Positions 1 through 10,395 are shown, numbered from the stretch's first letter. The stretch: DNA of 64,000 nucleotides from Gammaproteobacteria bacterium (GCA_024638505.1 JAHEKE010000007.1:534-64533); one strand, 5' to 3'. The notes: generated from the letters alone by a model not told the origin. Numbers and translations are program-made.

Positions 1-273
1 TTGTTTGTCGGGTATACCGGCGTTAAAGCGCGCCATCGCATCGTGCAGCACGCCCAGCTGGTGTTGAGCAGCAAAAGCCTGGCACCGATCATCGTTTTGG
101 CCAGCGGCCCGACGGTAGACAAAAAACTCGCGCAGACGAGCCATCAGGCATTGAGCAGAAAGGCGTATAACCTCATCGATGCACAGGCGCTGCGATTTAA
201 CGATCGCGCTCTTAAAGACAGTTTTGTCAGTGACTATCGAAGGGCGCGGGAAGAGATAAACAAAATTTTCTGA
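1..273 (+). CDS. 3' end of an unidentified CDS that enters from upstream of the window
   Basis: Open frame from base 1 to the stop at 271-273. No motif I recognise. Confidence 0.3.
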   Translation: MFVGYTGVKARHRIVQHAQLVLSSKSLAPIIVLASGPTVDKKLAQTSHQALSRKAYNLIDAQALRFNDRALKDSFVSDYRRAREEINKIF

Positions 274-298
274 CAGATGCAAAGGCACTTTGGCACAC

Positions 299-1885
299 AT
301 GTTTCATATTCTAGTTGCAGATAGCTTGGGCGAGGCCGGTATTGAGAGACTCCGGCTGGAATCCGATATTGAGATTGACGTCAAAACCGGTCTGACGAAA
401 GACCAGCTGGTGCAGGTCATTCCCCGTTACGATGCTTTAATCGTGCGCAGCGCAACCGTGGTGGATCAGGACGTACTTGCCGCAGCCCGCCGGCTGCGGG
501 TAGTCGGGCGGGCCGGCATAGGGGTTGACAACATTGATGTCAGAGCCGCTACCGCCAAGGGCGTTATCGTAATGAATACTCCGCAGGCAAACTCTATCGC
601 GACTGCGGAGCACACTATAGCGATGATGCTGGCAGTAAGTCGCCATATCGCGATTGCTCACGAGTCGGTAAGGCAGGGCCGGTGGGAGCGCGTAAAATTC
701 CAGGGTCAGCAGCTGTCCGGCAAGGTGCTGGGCATCATCGGCTTGGGGCAGATCGGGCGGTTGGTGGCGCACCGGGCGAAAGCATTCAATATGGAAATAA
801 TCGCCCATGATCCGTACGTATCCGAAGAGGTTGGGCGTGAAATGGAAGTATCGCTGGTGGATCTCGATCAGCTGCTGGCGCGGGCAGATTACGTTTCCCT
901 GCATACCAGCCTGTCGCACGAGACGGAGAGCATAATCAACGCGCGAACCTTGGGGCAAATGAAAACCAGCGCCATACTCATCAATCCGGCTCGAGGTAAA
1001 CTGGTCGATGAAGCCGCACTCGCTGCTGCGCTGGAAGCTGGCGGCATCCGGGCGGCAGCGCTTGATGTGTTCAGACAGGAACCGCCTGCCAAAAGTAATC
1101 CGCTGATTGGCATGCCGAACGTTCTGCATTTGCCGCACCTCGGGGCCAGTACCATGGAGGCGCAGAGAGACGTTGCGGTACAGATCGTCGAGCAGGTTCT
1201 GGATGCGCTACACAACAAAGATTTTCGCAACAGCGTAAACATGCCGTTCATTCCGGGTGCTGATTTTCAAAGAACAATGCCTTACATGAATCTAGCTGAA
1301 AAAATCGGGCGGCTGCATTTCCACATGGCCACGGGCCCGATCCGCAGCGTTGAGATCGAGTTGCAGGGCGATGCGGTTCAGGAACTGCTCAAGCCTATCG
1401 CAGCCGCCATTTTAAAAGGAGTGCTGCAGGGTTTTCTTGAGGATTCCGTTAACTACGTCAATGCTCCGATCCTGGCGGAACGGCATGGAATCACTGTAAT
1501 GCAGAGCAAAGGCATCAGCGCCGCACCCTACGCACATCTGATTTCCTGCCGGGTTCACTTTGAAGGGGGCAGCAGAACCATTTCCGGCGCTTTGTTCGGA
1601 GGCGTGCATCCGCGCATTGTCCAGGTTAGCAAGTACCATATGGATGTAGACCCAAGTGGCATCGTCCTGGTGATGTTGAACAAGGATACGCCAGGGGTGA
1701 TTGGTCAAATCGGCTCAATACTAGGTCAGCACCGAGTCAACATTGGTGAATGGCGCCTCGGGCGAGCGGAAAAAGGGGGCGACGCGCTGTCGTTCGTGAA
1801 TCTGGATAGTTATCCCTCTGCCGATGTCATCGCCGAGCTGAAGAACGTTCAGGCCGTAATAAAACTGGAAGTGCTGACGCTGTAA
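299..1885 (+). CDS. serA: D-3-phosphoglycerate dehydrogenase, long form with C-terminal ACT-type regulatory domain
   Basis: 2-hydroxyacid dehydrogenase fold with NAD motif GIIGLGQIGRLVA. About 525 aa with a long C-terminal extension. ATG at 299 preferred over TTG at 290. Confidence 0.9.
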   Translation: MFHILVADSLGEAGIERLRLESDIEIDVKTGLTKDQLVQVIPRYDALIVRSATVVDQDVLAAARRLRVVGRAGIGVDNIDVRAATAKGVIVMNTPQANSIATAEHTIAMMLAVSRHIAIAHESVRQGRWERVKFQGQQLSGKVLGIIGLGQIGRLVAHRAKAFNMEIIAHDPYVSEEVGREMEVSLVDLDQLLARADYVSLHTSLSHETESIINARTLGQMKTSAILINPARGKLVDEAALAAALEAGGIRAAALDVFRQEPPAKSNPLIGMPNVLHLPHLGASTMEAQRDVAVQIVEQVLDALHNKDFRNSVNMPFIPGADFQRTMPYMNLAEKIGRLHFHMATGPIRSVEIELQGDAVQELLKPIAAAILKGVLQGFLEDSVNYVNAPILAERHGITVMQSKGISAAPYAHLISCRVHFEGGSRTISGALFGGVHPRIVQVSKYHMDVDPSGIVLVMLNKDTPGVIGQIGSILGQHRVNIGEWRLGRAEKGGDALSFVNLDSYPSADVIAELKNVQAVIKLEVLTL

Positions 1886-1897
1886 CCCGGGCTTAGG

Positions 1898-3052
1898 TTA
1901 TGTTTTGTCAATCAAACGCAGTATGTTTGCCCGATCGGCGTTCAGTTCAGGGGCGGCGGAGCGCTCCCGTGGATCATCGAAATCCGACATCTTAATAGGG
2001 TTACCCGACATTTTCAGGTCACCGGCGACGGGGTCGCGGGTCTGGATAATCATGTTCCTGGCGCCGATCTGAGCGTCGTTGATCACTTGTTGAATGTTGT
2101 TGATCGGGCCGCACGGGACGCCCGCTTTGCTCAGGATAGATAACCACTCTAGCGCGGGTTTGACGCTCAGCGCTTGCTCAATCTCGGGCTTTAAAACGGC
2201 GTAATTCTTAGTACGCAGCGCATTGGATTCGAATCTTGAATCCTTGGCCAGGTCTTCTCGGTCGATTGCCTCGGACAGCTTTTTAAACAGCAGGTCGTTA
2301 CCCGCAGCAATCACGATGTATTCGCCGTTTATGCCAAACGAATCGAACGGGGTGATCGACGGATGGCGCGAGCCTAGCGGCCCGGGGATATCACCGTCGC
2401 TGAAAAAACGACTGACCGCGTTCTCTAAAATCGCGACCTGGCAATCGAGCATGCCAACGTCGACCATCATCCCTCTGCCGCTGCGCTGCCGATGGACTAC
2501 GGCGGAGAGAATTCCGGCAAGGCCAAACAGTCCGGCTGTAATGTCGCCGATGGACGTGCCTACGCGCACCGGATCCTGCCCCGGATGGCCAGTCACGCTC
2601 ATGATGCCGCCCATCGCCTGGACAACCATGTCGTACGCGGGGCGGGAGCGATAAGGGCCGGTCTGGCCGAAGCCCGAAATCGCGGCGTAGATAAGCCGAG
2701 GATTGAGTGTTTGCAGCGTATCCCAGTCGTAGCCGAGTTTATCCATGGTCCCCGGTCGATAGTTTTCTATCAGCAAGTCGGCTTTTTTAACCAGCGCTGC
2801 GAAAACCTGCCGGTCTTCGTCGGCCTTCAAATCCAGCGCGATGCTTTCCTTTCCCCGGTTGAGCGAAGCAAAGTAGGCCGATTTGCCCTTGATGAACGGG
2901 CCGAAATGCCGGGCGTCATCACCGACTTCCGGTATCTCAACTTTGATCACGCGTGCGCCAAGGTCGGCCAGCACCATCGTGGCATAGGGGCCGGCCAGCA
3001 CCCGCGTCAAGTCGATAACAAGCAATTGGTCCAGAGGCCCGGTTCTACTCAT
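1898..3052 (-). CDS. Family III CoA-transferase (CaiB/BaiF family)
   Basis: N-terminus LVIDLTRVLAGPYATMVLADLGARVIKVE is typical of CaiB/formyl-CoA transferase-like enzymes. Length 384 aa. Confidence 0.85.
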   Translation of the reverse strand: MSRTGPLDQLLVIDLTRVLAGPYATMVLADLGARVIKVEIPEVGDDARHFGPFIKGKSAYFASLNRGKESIALDLKADEDRQVFAALVKKADLLIENYRPGTMDKLGYDWDTLQTLNPRLIYAAISGFGQTGPYRSRPAYDMVVQAMGGIMSVTGHPGQDPVRVGTSIGDITAGLFGLAGILSAVVHRQRSGRGMMVDVGMLDCQVAILENAVSRFFSDGDIPGPLGSRHPSITPFDSFGINGEYIVIAAGNDLLFKKLSEAIDREDLAKDSRFESNALRTKNYAVLKPEIEQALSVKPALEWLSILSKAGVPCGPINNIQQVINDAQIGARNMIIQTRDPVAGDLKMSGNPIKMSDFDDPRERSAAPELNADRANILRLIDKT

Positions 3053-3246
3053 AGTGGATAGTCCTTGCTGCTATTGCGTGCTCACCTGAGCGACACCGTG
3101 CCGCCGACAGGAGACCAAACGAGATTTCATTAAGAACATGATCCTGGGTATCATACAGAGGCTTTGGTAATTTTCTTAAGAGCACGGCTTTAAACCGGTG
3201 CTGCATTCATGCTTTGATCAACCCATCTTAATCCGAGCGAGTCGGA

Positions 3247-4263
3247 ATGAAAATCGCCCAGTTTGCAGAATTTGGTCCGCCCCACGAGGTTGTGTCCTGC
3301 GTGGAGATTGATGAATTACCCGATCCCGTTGCCGATGAGGTGTTGCTTGAAATCGAGGCCTTTCCCATAAACCCCGCGGATCTGCTGACGCTGAGCGGAG
3401 ACTACGCGGTGCGTCCCAAGCTGCCGGCGAGCCTGGGGGCGGAAGGGGTAGGCCGCGTGGTTCAAGTAGGACCGGACGTACGGCAGATCTCCATAGGCGA
3501 CCGGGTACTCCCCCTGGGGCGTGACAACTGGGTACAAAGAAAAATTGAGAAAGAATCAAACGTAATCAGTCTGCCTAACATGGACGCGCACCAGGCCGCG
3601 ATGCTCAAGGTAAATCCGGCCACGGCCTGGTTTATGCTGCATGATTATGTCGCTCTGCAGCAGGGTGACATGCTGCTGCAGAACGCGGCCAATTCCGGGG
3701 TAGGTATGAATCTGATAAAAATGGCTGAGTCGCGCGGAATCAAGACGATAAATATCGTACGCCGACCGGAGCTTGTCCCCCTTTTGCAGGACAAGTACGG
3801 CGCGTTCGCCGTGCTGGTCTCAGGCCCGGATATTGCGGGTCAGGTGGCGGAGGTGGCGGGCGATAGTTCGCTGCAGCTTGGCGTCGACGCGGTCGGCGGT
3901 GAGGCAACGCGCCTGCTGGCAAAGTGCTTACAACCCGGGGGCACGGTGGTTAATTACGGCCTGTTATCCGGTCAACCCTGCGTAATCGATCCGCACGACC
4001 TGATATTTCGCGGCATCACCCTAACCGGCTTCTGGTTGGCGAAAACGCTTGGCGCAAGCGGGCGTGATCAACTGGAAAAGGTGTATGCTGAATTGAGCAA
4101 GCTGGTGGCGCAGAACGTATTGCATGTTCCGGTAGAAACTACCTATCCCATTGACCAGATAAAAGCAGCGGTGGCCCATGCCGGGCGATATGGCCGCAGC
4201 GGTAAGATAATCGTTTTGCCCAATCAACCGCACGCTGCGATGAATCGCTCTGTGCCCCATTGA
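3247..4263 (+). CDS. MDR-superfamily NAD(P)H-dependent oxidoreductase (quinone oxidoreductase / enoyl reductase-like)
   Basis: 338 aa with GroES-like N-terminal domain and Rossmann region NAANSGVGMNLIKMA. No Zn-ligand Cys pattern. Confidence 0.8.
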   Translation: MKIAQFAEFGPPHEVVSCVEIDELPDPVADEVLLEIEAFPINPADLLTLSGDYAVRPKLPASLGAEGVGRVVQVGPDVRQISIGDRVLPLGRDNWVQRKIEKESNVISLPNMDAHQAAMLKVNPATAWFMLHDYVALQQGDMLLQNAANSGVGMNLIKMAESRGIKTINIVRRPELVPLLQDKYGAFAVLVSGPDIAGQVAEVAGDSSLQLGVDAVGGEATRLLAKCLQPGGTVVNYGLLSGQPCVIDPHDLIFRGITLTGFWLAKTLGASGRDQLEKVYAELSKLVAQNVLHVPVETTYPIDQIKAAVAHAGRYGRSGKIIVLPNQPHAAMNRSVPH

Positions 4264-5252
4264 ACGACATCCCCATTATTGATCTGTCCGCACAGGCCGG
4301 CACGGAGGAAAAGCGCATCAGCATTGCCGGGCAGATATCCGAGGCATGTTCGCGCTGGGGGTTTTTCTATGCGCTGCACCACGGTATCTCTGATGAGTTG
4401 ATACAGCGTGTTTGGCGGCAGACCCACCACTTTTTCTCGCTGCCGAGGCAGGAAAAATTAAAGATTTTACGCTCAAAAGAAAATCCGCGCGGATACTATG
4501 ATCGCGAGCTGACTAAAAACACGCGCGATCTCAAAGAGGTGTTTGACTTCGGGCGAGTGCCGCACCCGGAACTCCCGGACGACCACGCCGCTAACCGCGA
4601 TCGCATCAACGGCTATAACCGCTGGCCAGACCTCGCCGGCTTTAAGTCGACCATGGAGGAGTATTTCAACGCTTGTGAAAGCCTGGGTTTACGGTTGCTC
4701 GAACTTTTCTGTCTGGGGATGGGTTCACCGGCGCACGCCATGCGTACAGAATTTGAGCCGGATCATACGAGCTTTATCCGCTTGAACTACTATCCTCTTG
4801 AGGACCCGCTAGAAACAGAGGTGACGGCGCAGGTTACCGCTCTGGGTGACATGGCTCTGCAGCATCACAGCGACGCTGGGGCGCTTACCATCCTGTTGCA
4901 GGACGAGGTAGGAGGCCTTCAGGTCCACGCCGGGGGCAGGTGGTGGGACGTGGAGCCGATACCGGGCACCCTGGTAATCAACACCGCAGATATGATGCAG
5001 GTCTGGTCCAATGATCGATACCGCGCGCCGCTGCACCGGGTTCTGCCGATCAAAGACCAGCCGAGGTACAGCATCCCATTCTTTTTCAATCCTTCATACG
5101 CGACTGACTGTGCTCCGCTTGAGTCTTTGCTTGACAAAGAGGATGCGCATTATCGGCCGATAAACTGGGGGACTTTCCGCCAGCTGCGTACCGACGGCGA
5201 CTATGCCGATTATGGCAAAGAGGTGCAGCTGGGCGAATACCGCAACTGTTGA
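4260..5252 (+). CDS. 2-oxoglutarate/Fe(II)-dependent oxygenase (isopenicillin N synthase-like family)
   Basis: N-terminus IPIIDLS. HxD motif in LQHHSDAG, distal His in APLHRV, RYSIPFF near the C-terminus. TTG start overlaps the upstream stop (TTGA). Confidence 0.8.
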   Translation: MNDIPIIDLSAQAGTEEKRISIAGQISEACSRWGFFYALHHGISDELIQRVWRQTHHFFSLPRQEKLKILRSKENPRGYYDRELTKNTRDLKEVFDFGRVPHPELPDDHAANRDRINGYNRWPDLAGFKSTMEEYFNACESLGLRLLELFCLGMGSPAHAMRTEFEPDHTSFIRLNYYPLEDPLETEVTAQVTALGDMALQHHSDAGALTILLQDEVGGLQVHAGGRWWDVEPIPGTLVINTADMMQVWSNDRYRAPLHRVLPIKDQPRYSIPFFFNPSYATDCAPLESLLDKEDAHYRPINWGTFRQLRTDGDYADYGKEVQLGEYRNC

Positions 5253-5338
5253 TCTGTCGCCTTACCGTGCGAAGACACATTGCCCGTTTGCAGGGCGTGC
5301 TCTTGACCGTACCGCAGCCCCGCCTCTGAATTCGAAGT

Positions 5339-6622
5339 ATGACTGAGCTTCGTGCTGTTGATTGTGTATGGCAACGCACCGCGCCAGCCGGCCAGATCCA
5401 TGAGCCGCTCAAAGGTGAAGAGCAGGCCGAAGTGGTTGTCGTAGGGGGTGGGTTTTGTGGACTGTCAGCGGCGCTGCACCTGGCAGAAGCCGGGCTTTCC
5501 GCCGTTGTACTGGAGACTCATACGCCAGGCTGGGGCGCTTCCGGTAGAAACGGAGGGCAGGTTATTCCAGGGCTGAAAAAGGATCCTGACGATTTGGCGA
5601 AACTGTATGGAGTCGAACGGGGTGGAATCCTGACCGATCTTACCGGCAATGCACCAGACCTCGTCTTCGAACTCATCCGTCGCTACCGCATTCAATGCAG
5701 TGCGCAACGTACCGGTTGGATTCAGCTTGCCCTGGGAGGCAGAGGCCTTGGTGAAATCGAGCGCAGGGCGATGCAATGGCAGCGCAGGGGTATCGATGTC
5801 GACGTGTTGGATCGAGACCAGGTAGGCGACCTCACCGGGGCGAGGGGATACGCCGGAGGGTTGCTCGACAGGCGCGGTGGCAACCTTAATCCGTTGGCTT
5901 ACGCCCGCGGTCTGGCCGCTGCGGCGGTGTCCGCCGGGGCCAGGGTTTACGCTCACAGCCCGGCTGTTTCCATCAAGCGAAGCAAAGACAAATGGGTCGT
6001 TGTCAGCAGTCGGGGTACAGTGACGACGGACAAGATTTTGCTCTGCACCAACGCCTACACGGATGACATATGGCCGGGCCTTAAAACATCCATCATCCCT
6101 TTTGTCAGCGGCGCTGTTGCAACCGAGCCGCTGCCGGATGACGTCAGACGGTCTATCCTGCAAGGGCGCCAGGCCGCGGCAGACAACGGCCGGCTGTTAT
6201 CCTGGTTTGGGCTCGACCGCGACGGTCGGTTAATTTTCGGGGGGCGAACCGGTATGTGGTCTGAGTCTAACAGTCCCTCCGACTATCAGCTTCGTATTAA
6301 ACGTATGCATCAGGTATTTCCGCAGGTCAAGCATACCCCCGTGCCATTTTACTGGTCCGGTAAAGTTGCATTGACTGCGGACGGGTTGCCGCACATCCAC
6401 AAACTGGCGCCTGATCTATATACCGGCCTCGGCTTTAACGGCAGAGGCGTGGCCATGGCAACATTGATGGGGAAACTGTTAGCGGCATGTGCGGAACGAG
6501 ACGGTGGTGATACATCATTACCGTTAACCGGGATGAAATCTCTGCCTTTTCATGCGGTGCGCAAACCAGTAGTGCAGCTGGTGGTTTGCTGGAAAAAATT
6601 GATGGATTGGATTAACCCTTGA
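5339..6622 (+). CDS. FAD-dependent oxidoreductase (DAO family, gamma-glutamylamine/amino-acid oxidase-like)
   Basis: Dinucleotide fold VVVVGGGFCGLSAALHLAEAG. 427 aa, typical for the DAO family. Confidence 0.8.
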   Translation: MTELRAVDCVWQRTAPAGQIHEPLKGEEQAEVVVVGGGFCGLSAALHLAEAGLSAVVLETHTPGWGASGRNGGQVIPGLKKDPDDLAKLYGVERGGILTDLTGNAPDLVFELIRRYRIQCSAQRTGWIQLALGGRGLGEIERRAMQWQRRGIDVDVLDRDQVGDLTGARGYAGGLLDRRGGNLNPLAYARGLAAAAVSAGARVYAHSPAVSIKRSKDKWVVVSSRGTVTTDKILLCTNAYTDDIWPGLKTSIIPFVSGAVATEPLPDDVRRSILQGRQAAADNGRLLSWFGLDRDGRLIFGGRTGMWSESNSPSDYQLRIKRMHQVFPQVKHTPVPFYWSGKVALTADGLPHIHKLAPDLYTGLGFNGRGVAMATLMGKLLAACAERDGGDTSLPLTGMKSLPFHAVRKPVVQLVVCWKKLMDWINP

Positions 6623-6663
6623 AGCTGTTGCCCGCCAATGTTTAGGGAGCGCAGCCTGTTACG

Positions 6664-6678
6664 ACAAAGTTTATTTGT
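6664..6678. promoter_or_regulatory. Inverted repeat ACAAA-N5-TTTGT just upstream of pcaD (candidate operator)
   Basis: Read directly: acaaagtttatttgt, ending 13 nt before the pcaD start codon. Confidence 0.25.
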
Positions 6679-6690
6679 GGTACTTTTAGT

Positions 6691-7494
6691 GTGATGAGAT
6701 TCATCGATCTCAACCATTTGACTGTGAATATAGCCACGGAAGGCACGCATGGGGCACCCACGCTGGTGTTCATTAATTCACTCGGTACCGACTTTCGTAT
6801 TTGGGACGAGGTTTTACCCGCGTTTGCATCTCACTTTTATCTGGTGCGTTATGATAAACGTGGGCACGGCCTGTCCGATGCACCCGCGGGGGAATATCGT
6901 TTACAGGACCATATCAGTGATCTGCACGCACTGCTCGCCAAACTCAACGTCAGGCAGGCGATTCTGTGCGGCGTTTCGGTAGGAGGCATGATCGCTCAGG
7001 GCCTGTGTGCGCAGCACCCGGACCGGGTGCTGGCCCTGGTGCTGTGCGATACTGCCGCCAAAATCGGGACGATCGAACTGTGGAATGAACGAATCGATGG
7101 CGTTACACATGCAGGCATTGCGTCGATTGCAGACAACATCCTGCAACGCTGGTTTTCAAGTGATTTTCATCAACAAAGAGCGGTCGAGCTGTCGGGGTGG
7201 CGCAACATGCTGACGCGTACGCCTGTTACCGGCTATGCTGGAACCTGTGCTGCCATTCGTGATGCGGACTTGACCGAGTCGGTGCGGACCATTACCTGTC
7301 CTGCGCTGGCGGTATGTGGGGATCAAGATGGCGCGACGCCTCCCGATGTTGTACGTACTCTAGTGGATCTAATACCAGACTGCCGGTTTAAGCTGATCAA
7401 AGGAGCGGGTCATCTTCCCAGCATTGAACAGCCCGAAGTCTTGATCAACTGCATGACGTCCTTTTTCAAGGAGATAAATGTTGGCGGACTCTGA
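6691..7494 (+). CDS. pcaD: 3-oxoadipate enol-lactonase (alpha/beta hydrolase)
   Basis: Alpha/beta-hydrolase with nucleophile elbow GVSVGG. Sits directly upstream of pcaC/HG. GTG at 6691 or ATG at 6694. Confidence 0.8.
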   Translation: MMRFIDLNHLTVNIATEGTHGAPTLVFINSLGTDFRIWDEVLPAFASHFYLVRYDKRGHGLSDAPAGEYRLQDHISDLHALLAKLNVRQAILCGVSVGGMIAQGLCAQHPDRVLALVLCDTAAKIGTIELWNERIDGVTHAGIASIADNILQRWFSSDFHQQRAVELSGWRNMLTRTPVTGYAGTCAAIRDADLTESVRTITCPALAVCGDQDGATPPDVVRTLVDLIPDCRFKLIKGAGHLPSIEQPEVLINCMTSFFKEINVGGL

Positions 7495-7882
7495 CTATGA
7501 TGCGGGCATGAGCCGGCGTCGACAGGTGCTTGGACGCAACCACGTGGCTCAGGCGGAGGCTGACAAAACACCGTTTGATTCCCGTTTTCAGCAATACATT
7601 ACTGAATCCGCGTGGGGTGCGGTTTGGTCGGACCCGACCATAGACCTGCGCACCCGCAGCCTGTTGACCATTGCGCTGCTGGCTGCGCTTGGCCATGAAA
7701 AAGAGTTGGCTATGCACGTACGGGCGACCGGGCAAACGGGTGTCACTGCCGAAGAGGTGAGAGAAGCCTTAATGCACGTTGCAGTCTATGCGGGGGTTCC
7801 CGCCGCTAATCGAGCGTTCGCCATCGCCAAGCGCGCGCTGGCAGAGGCAGCGGCAGTTGGCGGGAGTCAAAAGCTGGAATGA
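7478..7882 (+). CDS. pcaC: 4-carboxymuconolactone decarboxylase
   Basis: 134 aa of the carboxymuconolactone decarboxylase family (YDAGMSRRRQVLG..., AVYAGVPAA). Overlaps pcaD by 17 nt. Confidence 0.85.
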   Translation: MLADSDYDAGMSRRRQVLGRNHVAQAEADKTPFDSRFQQYITESAWGAVWSDPTIDLRTRSLLTIALLAALGHEKELAMHVRATGQTGVTAEEVREALMHVAVYAGVPAANRAFAIAKRALAEAAAVGGSQKLE

Positions 7883-8586
7883 CCGACTCTGAGTATTCTA
7901 AACGGGACTGGCAGTGTCACCCGCCATACCGGCATGATCCTTACAAGTCGACCAGCTTACGCGGCCCGCGCCAGCCGCTGGTGCCCATCAAGCATACCTT
8001 GTCTGAGATCACCGGGCCGATTTACGGGCATGGTGATATCGATCCTGTGGATAGTGATTTGACCAGGAATGCAACCCGTGGCGGCGAAGCGCTGGGTGAA
8101 CGCATCATTGTAACCGGCCGCGTGCTGGACGACAGAGGCAGGCCGGTATCCGGCACCCTGATCGAGGTCTGGCAGGCTAATGCCGCCGGTCGCTACATCC
8201 ACAAAGTTGACCAGCACGATGCGCCAATAGATCCCAACTTCTTCGGCGCAGGCCGCTTTCTAACGGATGATGACGGTCGGTACAGGATGATCACGGTGAA
8301 ACCTGGGGCATATCCATGGGGCAATCACCCCAACGCCTGGCGGCCTTCGCATATCCATTTCTCAATCCTTGGCCCGTGCATTGCGACCCGGCTGGTGACG
8401 CAGATGTATTTTCCAGGCGACCCACTGCTCCCTTATGATCCTATATTCAATTCAACACCCGACGTGAAGGCGCGGCAGCGCTTAGTCGCCAATTTTTCCC
8501 TGGATATCACCGAACCAGGGCGGGCGCTGGGCTACGAGTTTGATATTGTTCTGCGTGGCCGAGACGAGACGCCAACGGAACAGTGA
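7879..8586 (+). CDS. pcaH: Protocatechuate 3,4-dioxygenase beta subunit
   Basis: Intradiol dioxygenase motifs WQANAAGRY and PSHIHFSI. ATGA overlap with pcaC. Confidence 0.9.
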   Translation: MTDSEYSKRDWQCHPPYRHDPYKSTSLRGPRQPLVPIKHTLSEITGPIYGHGDIDPVDSDLTRNATRGGEALGERIIVTGRVLDDRGRPVSGTLIEVWQANAAGRYIHKVDQHDAPIDPNFFGAGRFLTDDDGRYRMITVKPGAYPWGNHPNAWRPSHIHFSILGPCIATRLVTQMYFPGDPLLPYDPIFNSTPDVKARQRLVANFSLDITEPGRALGYEFDIVLRGRDETPTEQ

Positions 8587-9170
8587 GCATGTTGAAGCAG
8601 ACGCCGTCACAAACCATTGGCCCGTTTTTCGCCTATGGTTTAACCCCCGAGGAATATGGCAAGTCGGGTATTTGGAGCGGCATTCTGGTTAACGATGCCA
8701 CCAAAGGTGAACGCATACGCATCCATGGTCAGGTCATCGACGGGGCAGGCGAGCCGGTAACCGATGCGCTGCTCGAGATCTGGCAGGCAGACCATGATGG
8801 TCGCTATCATCATCCTTCCGCGAATGAAAAGGAGGTATTCCAGGGATTTGGCCGGCGGTCCACTGATGAGAACGGCATGTATTCGTTCATGACCATAAAA
8901 CCGGGCCGCGTACCGGCGACGCAGCAAAGGAAGCAGGCGCCCCATGTAAATTTAATCGTGTTTTCGCGGGGTATACTTGTGCACGCTTATACCCGGATCT
9001 ATTTCTCAGACGAACTGGAGGCCAATAACTCAGACCCGGTGCTGCAAAGCGTTGACCACAAACGCCGTGCCACACTGATCGCCAACAGAGATGAATCGCG
9101 GGCCGTTCCCCGCTACAACTTCAACGTTCATCTTCAGGGTAGGCATGAAACTGTATTTTTTGACGTATAA
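8583..9170 (+). CDS. pcaG: Protocatechuate 3,4-dioxygenase alpha subunit
   Basis: TPSQTIGPFF, EIWQADHDGRY. Overlaps the pcaH stop. Confidence 0.9.
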   Translation: MSMLKQTPSQTIGPFFAYGLTPEEYGKSGIWSGILVNDATKGERIRIHGQVIDGAGEPVTDALLEIWQADHDGRYHHPSANEKEVFQGFGRRSTDENGMYSFMTIKPGRVPATQQRKQAPHVNLIVFSRGILVHAYTRIYFSDELEANNSDPVLQSVDHKRRATLIANRDESRAVPRYNFNVHLQGRHETVFFDV

Positions 9171-9222
9171 GAATCAGCTCAATCGCTGACCTTTTGTTCG
9201 CTTGAAACAGCAGGATTCGGCG

Positions 9223-10395
9223 GTGCGTACACAGGTAGGAATTGTAGGATCGGGGCCTGCCGGATTGCTGTTAGCCGAGATTCTGCGATGCAACGGGATC
9301 GATGCCGTCATCGTGGAATGTAAATCCCGCGCCTATGTGGAGGGGCGGATAAGAGCAGGCGTTTTGGAGCAGGGAACCGTCGATCTTTTGCGTGAGATCG
9401 GTGTCGCACATCGACTGGAGCAAGAGGGGCTGGTACACGACGGCGTGGATATATGCCTTGATGGAGATCGTCATCACATCAATTTCCGCGAATTGATCGG
9501 GAAAACGGTCGTCATCTATGGCCAGACCGAGATAACGAAAGACCTGATCCAAGCGCGACTCGCAGCGGGTGGGAACATCCTTTTCGACGCAGGCGAAGTA
9601 AGCGTGCACAATCTTGATACGGACAAACCGAGTATTAACTGTGTTATCAACGGCAGCCGTTTGCGTATTGACTGCGATTTTATCGCCGGCTGTGATGGTT
9701 TCCATGGCATATGCAGAGACAGTTTGCCTGCGGGACAAATCAAGACTTTTGGACAGACTTACCCCTTCGCCTGGCTCGGCGCGCTGGCGGAGTCGGTGCC
9801 TCCTTCCAAACAGCTGATTTATGTGAGGAGTTCACGAGGATTCGCTTTGTTCAGCATGCGCTCAAGAACGATCTCCAGAAACTATTTGCAGGTTGGCCCG
9901 GATGAGGATATCGGACAGTGGCCGGATGAGCGGATCTGGCAAGAGTTGGCGCAACGCCTGGGCGAAGAACACAGCGCCTGCATCGATGCGGGACGTATTG
10001 TGGAAAAAAGCATTACGCAAATGCGCAGTTTCGTGGCGCAGCCTATGCGCCACGGCCGGTTGTTTCTGGCAGGTGACGCGGCCCATATTGTACCGCCGAC
10101 CGGCGCCAAAGGTTTGAATCTGGCGGCGGCAGACGTGCGCTGTCTGGCGGGAGCGCTGAAGCAGTACTACCAGTCAGGCAGCGAGGACGTCCTGCACAAG
10201 TACAGCGCGACCGCGCTCAACCGAGTGTGGAAGGCGCAGCGATTCTCCCGCTGGATGACCTCATTGCTGCATATTTACCCCGCGCAGCAGGATTTCGAAA
10301 ATCAAATTCATCAGGCCGAGTTGGACTATGTGCTGTCCTCGAAAGCCGCGTTAACTTCATTTGCCGAAAATTATGTGGGTTTGCCCTATCACTAA
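9223..10395 (+). CDS. pobA: 4-hydroxybenzoate 3-monooxygenase
   Basis: VGIVGSGPAGLLLA and LAGDAAHIVPPTGAKGLN. GTG at 9223 with AGGA 7 nt upstream preferred over TTG at 9202. Confidence 0.9.
   Translation: MRTQVGIVGSGPAGLLLAEILRCNGIDAVIVECKSRAYVEGRIRAGVLEQGTVDLLREIGVAHRLEQEGLVHDGVDICLDGDRHHINFRELIGKTVVIYGQTEITKDLIQARLAAGGNILFDAGEVSVHNLDTDKPSINCVINGSRLRIDCDFIAGCDGFHGICRDSLPAGQIKTFGQTYPFAWLGALAESVPPSKQLIYVRSSRGFALFSMRSRTISRNYLQVGPDEDIGQWPDERIWQELAQRLGEEHSACIDAGRIVEKSITQMRSFVAQPMRHGRLFLAGDAAHIVPPTGAKGLNLAAADVRCLAGALKQYYQSGSEDVLHKYSATALNRVWKAQRFSRWMTSLLHIYPAQQDFENQIHQAELDYVLSSKAALTSFAENYVGLPYH

Noticed and set aside
437-1138. 233-aa minus-strand ORF opposite serA. Similar long antisense ORFs occur at 5465-6163, 11071-11826, 13547-14284, 23483-24199, 27638-28396, 30133-30717, 30911-31513 and 38128-38766.
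   Set aside because: All are nested antisense to confidently identified genes. All have low-complexity Arg/Pro-rich products and no motifs. I treat them as non-coding shadows.
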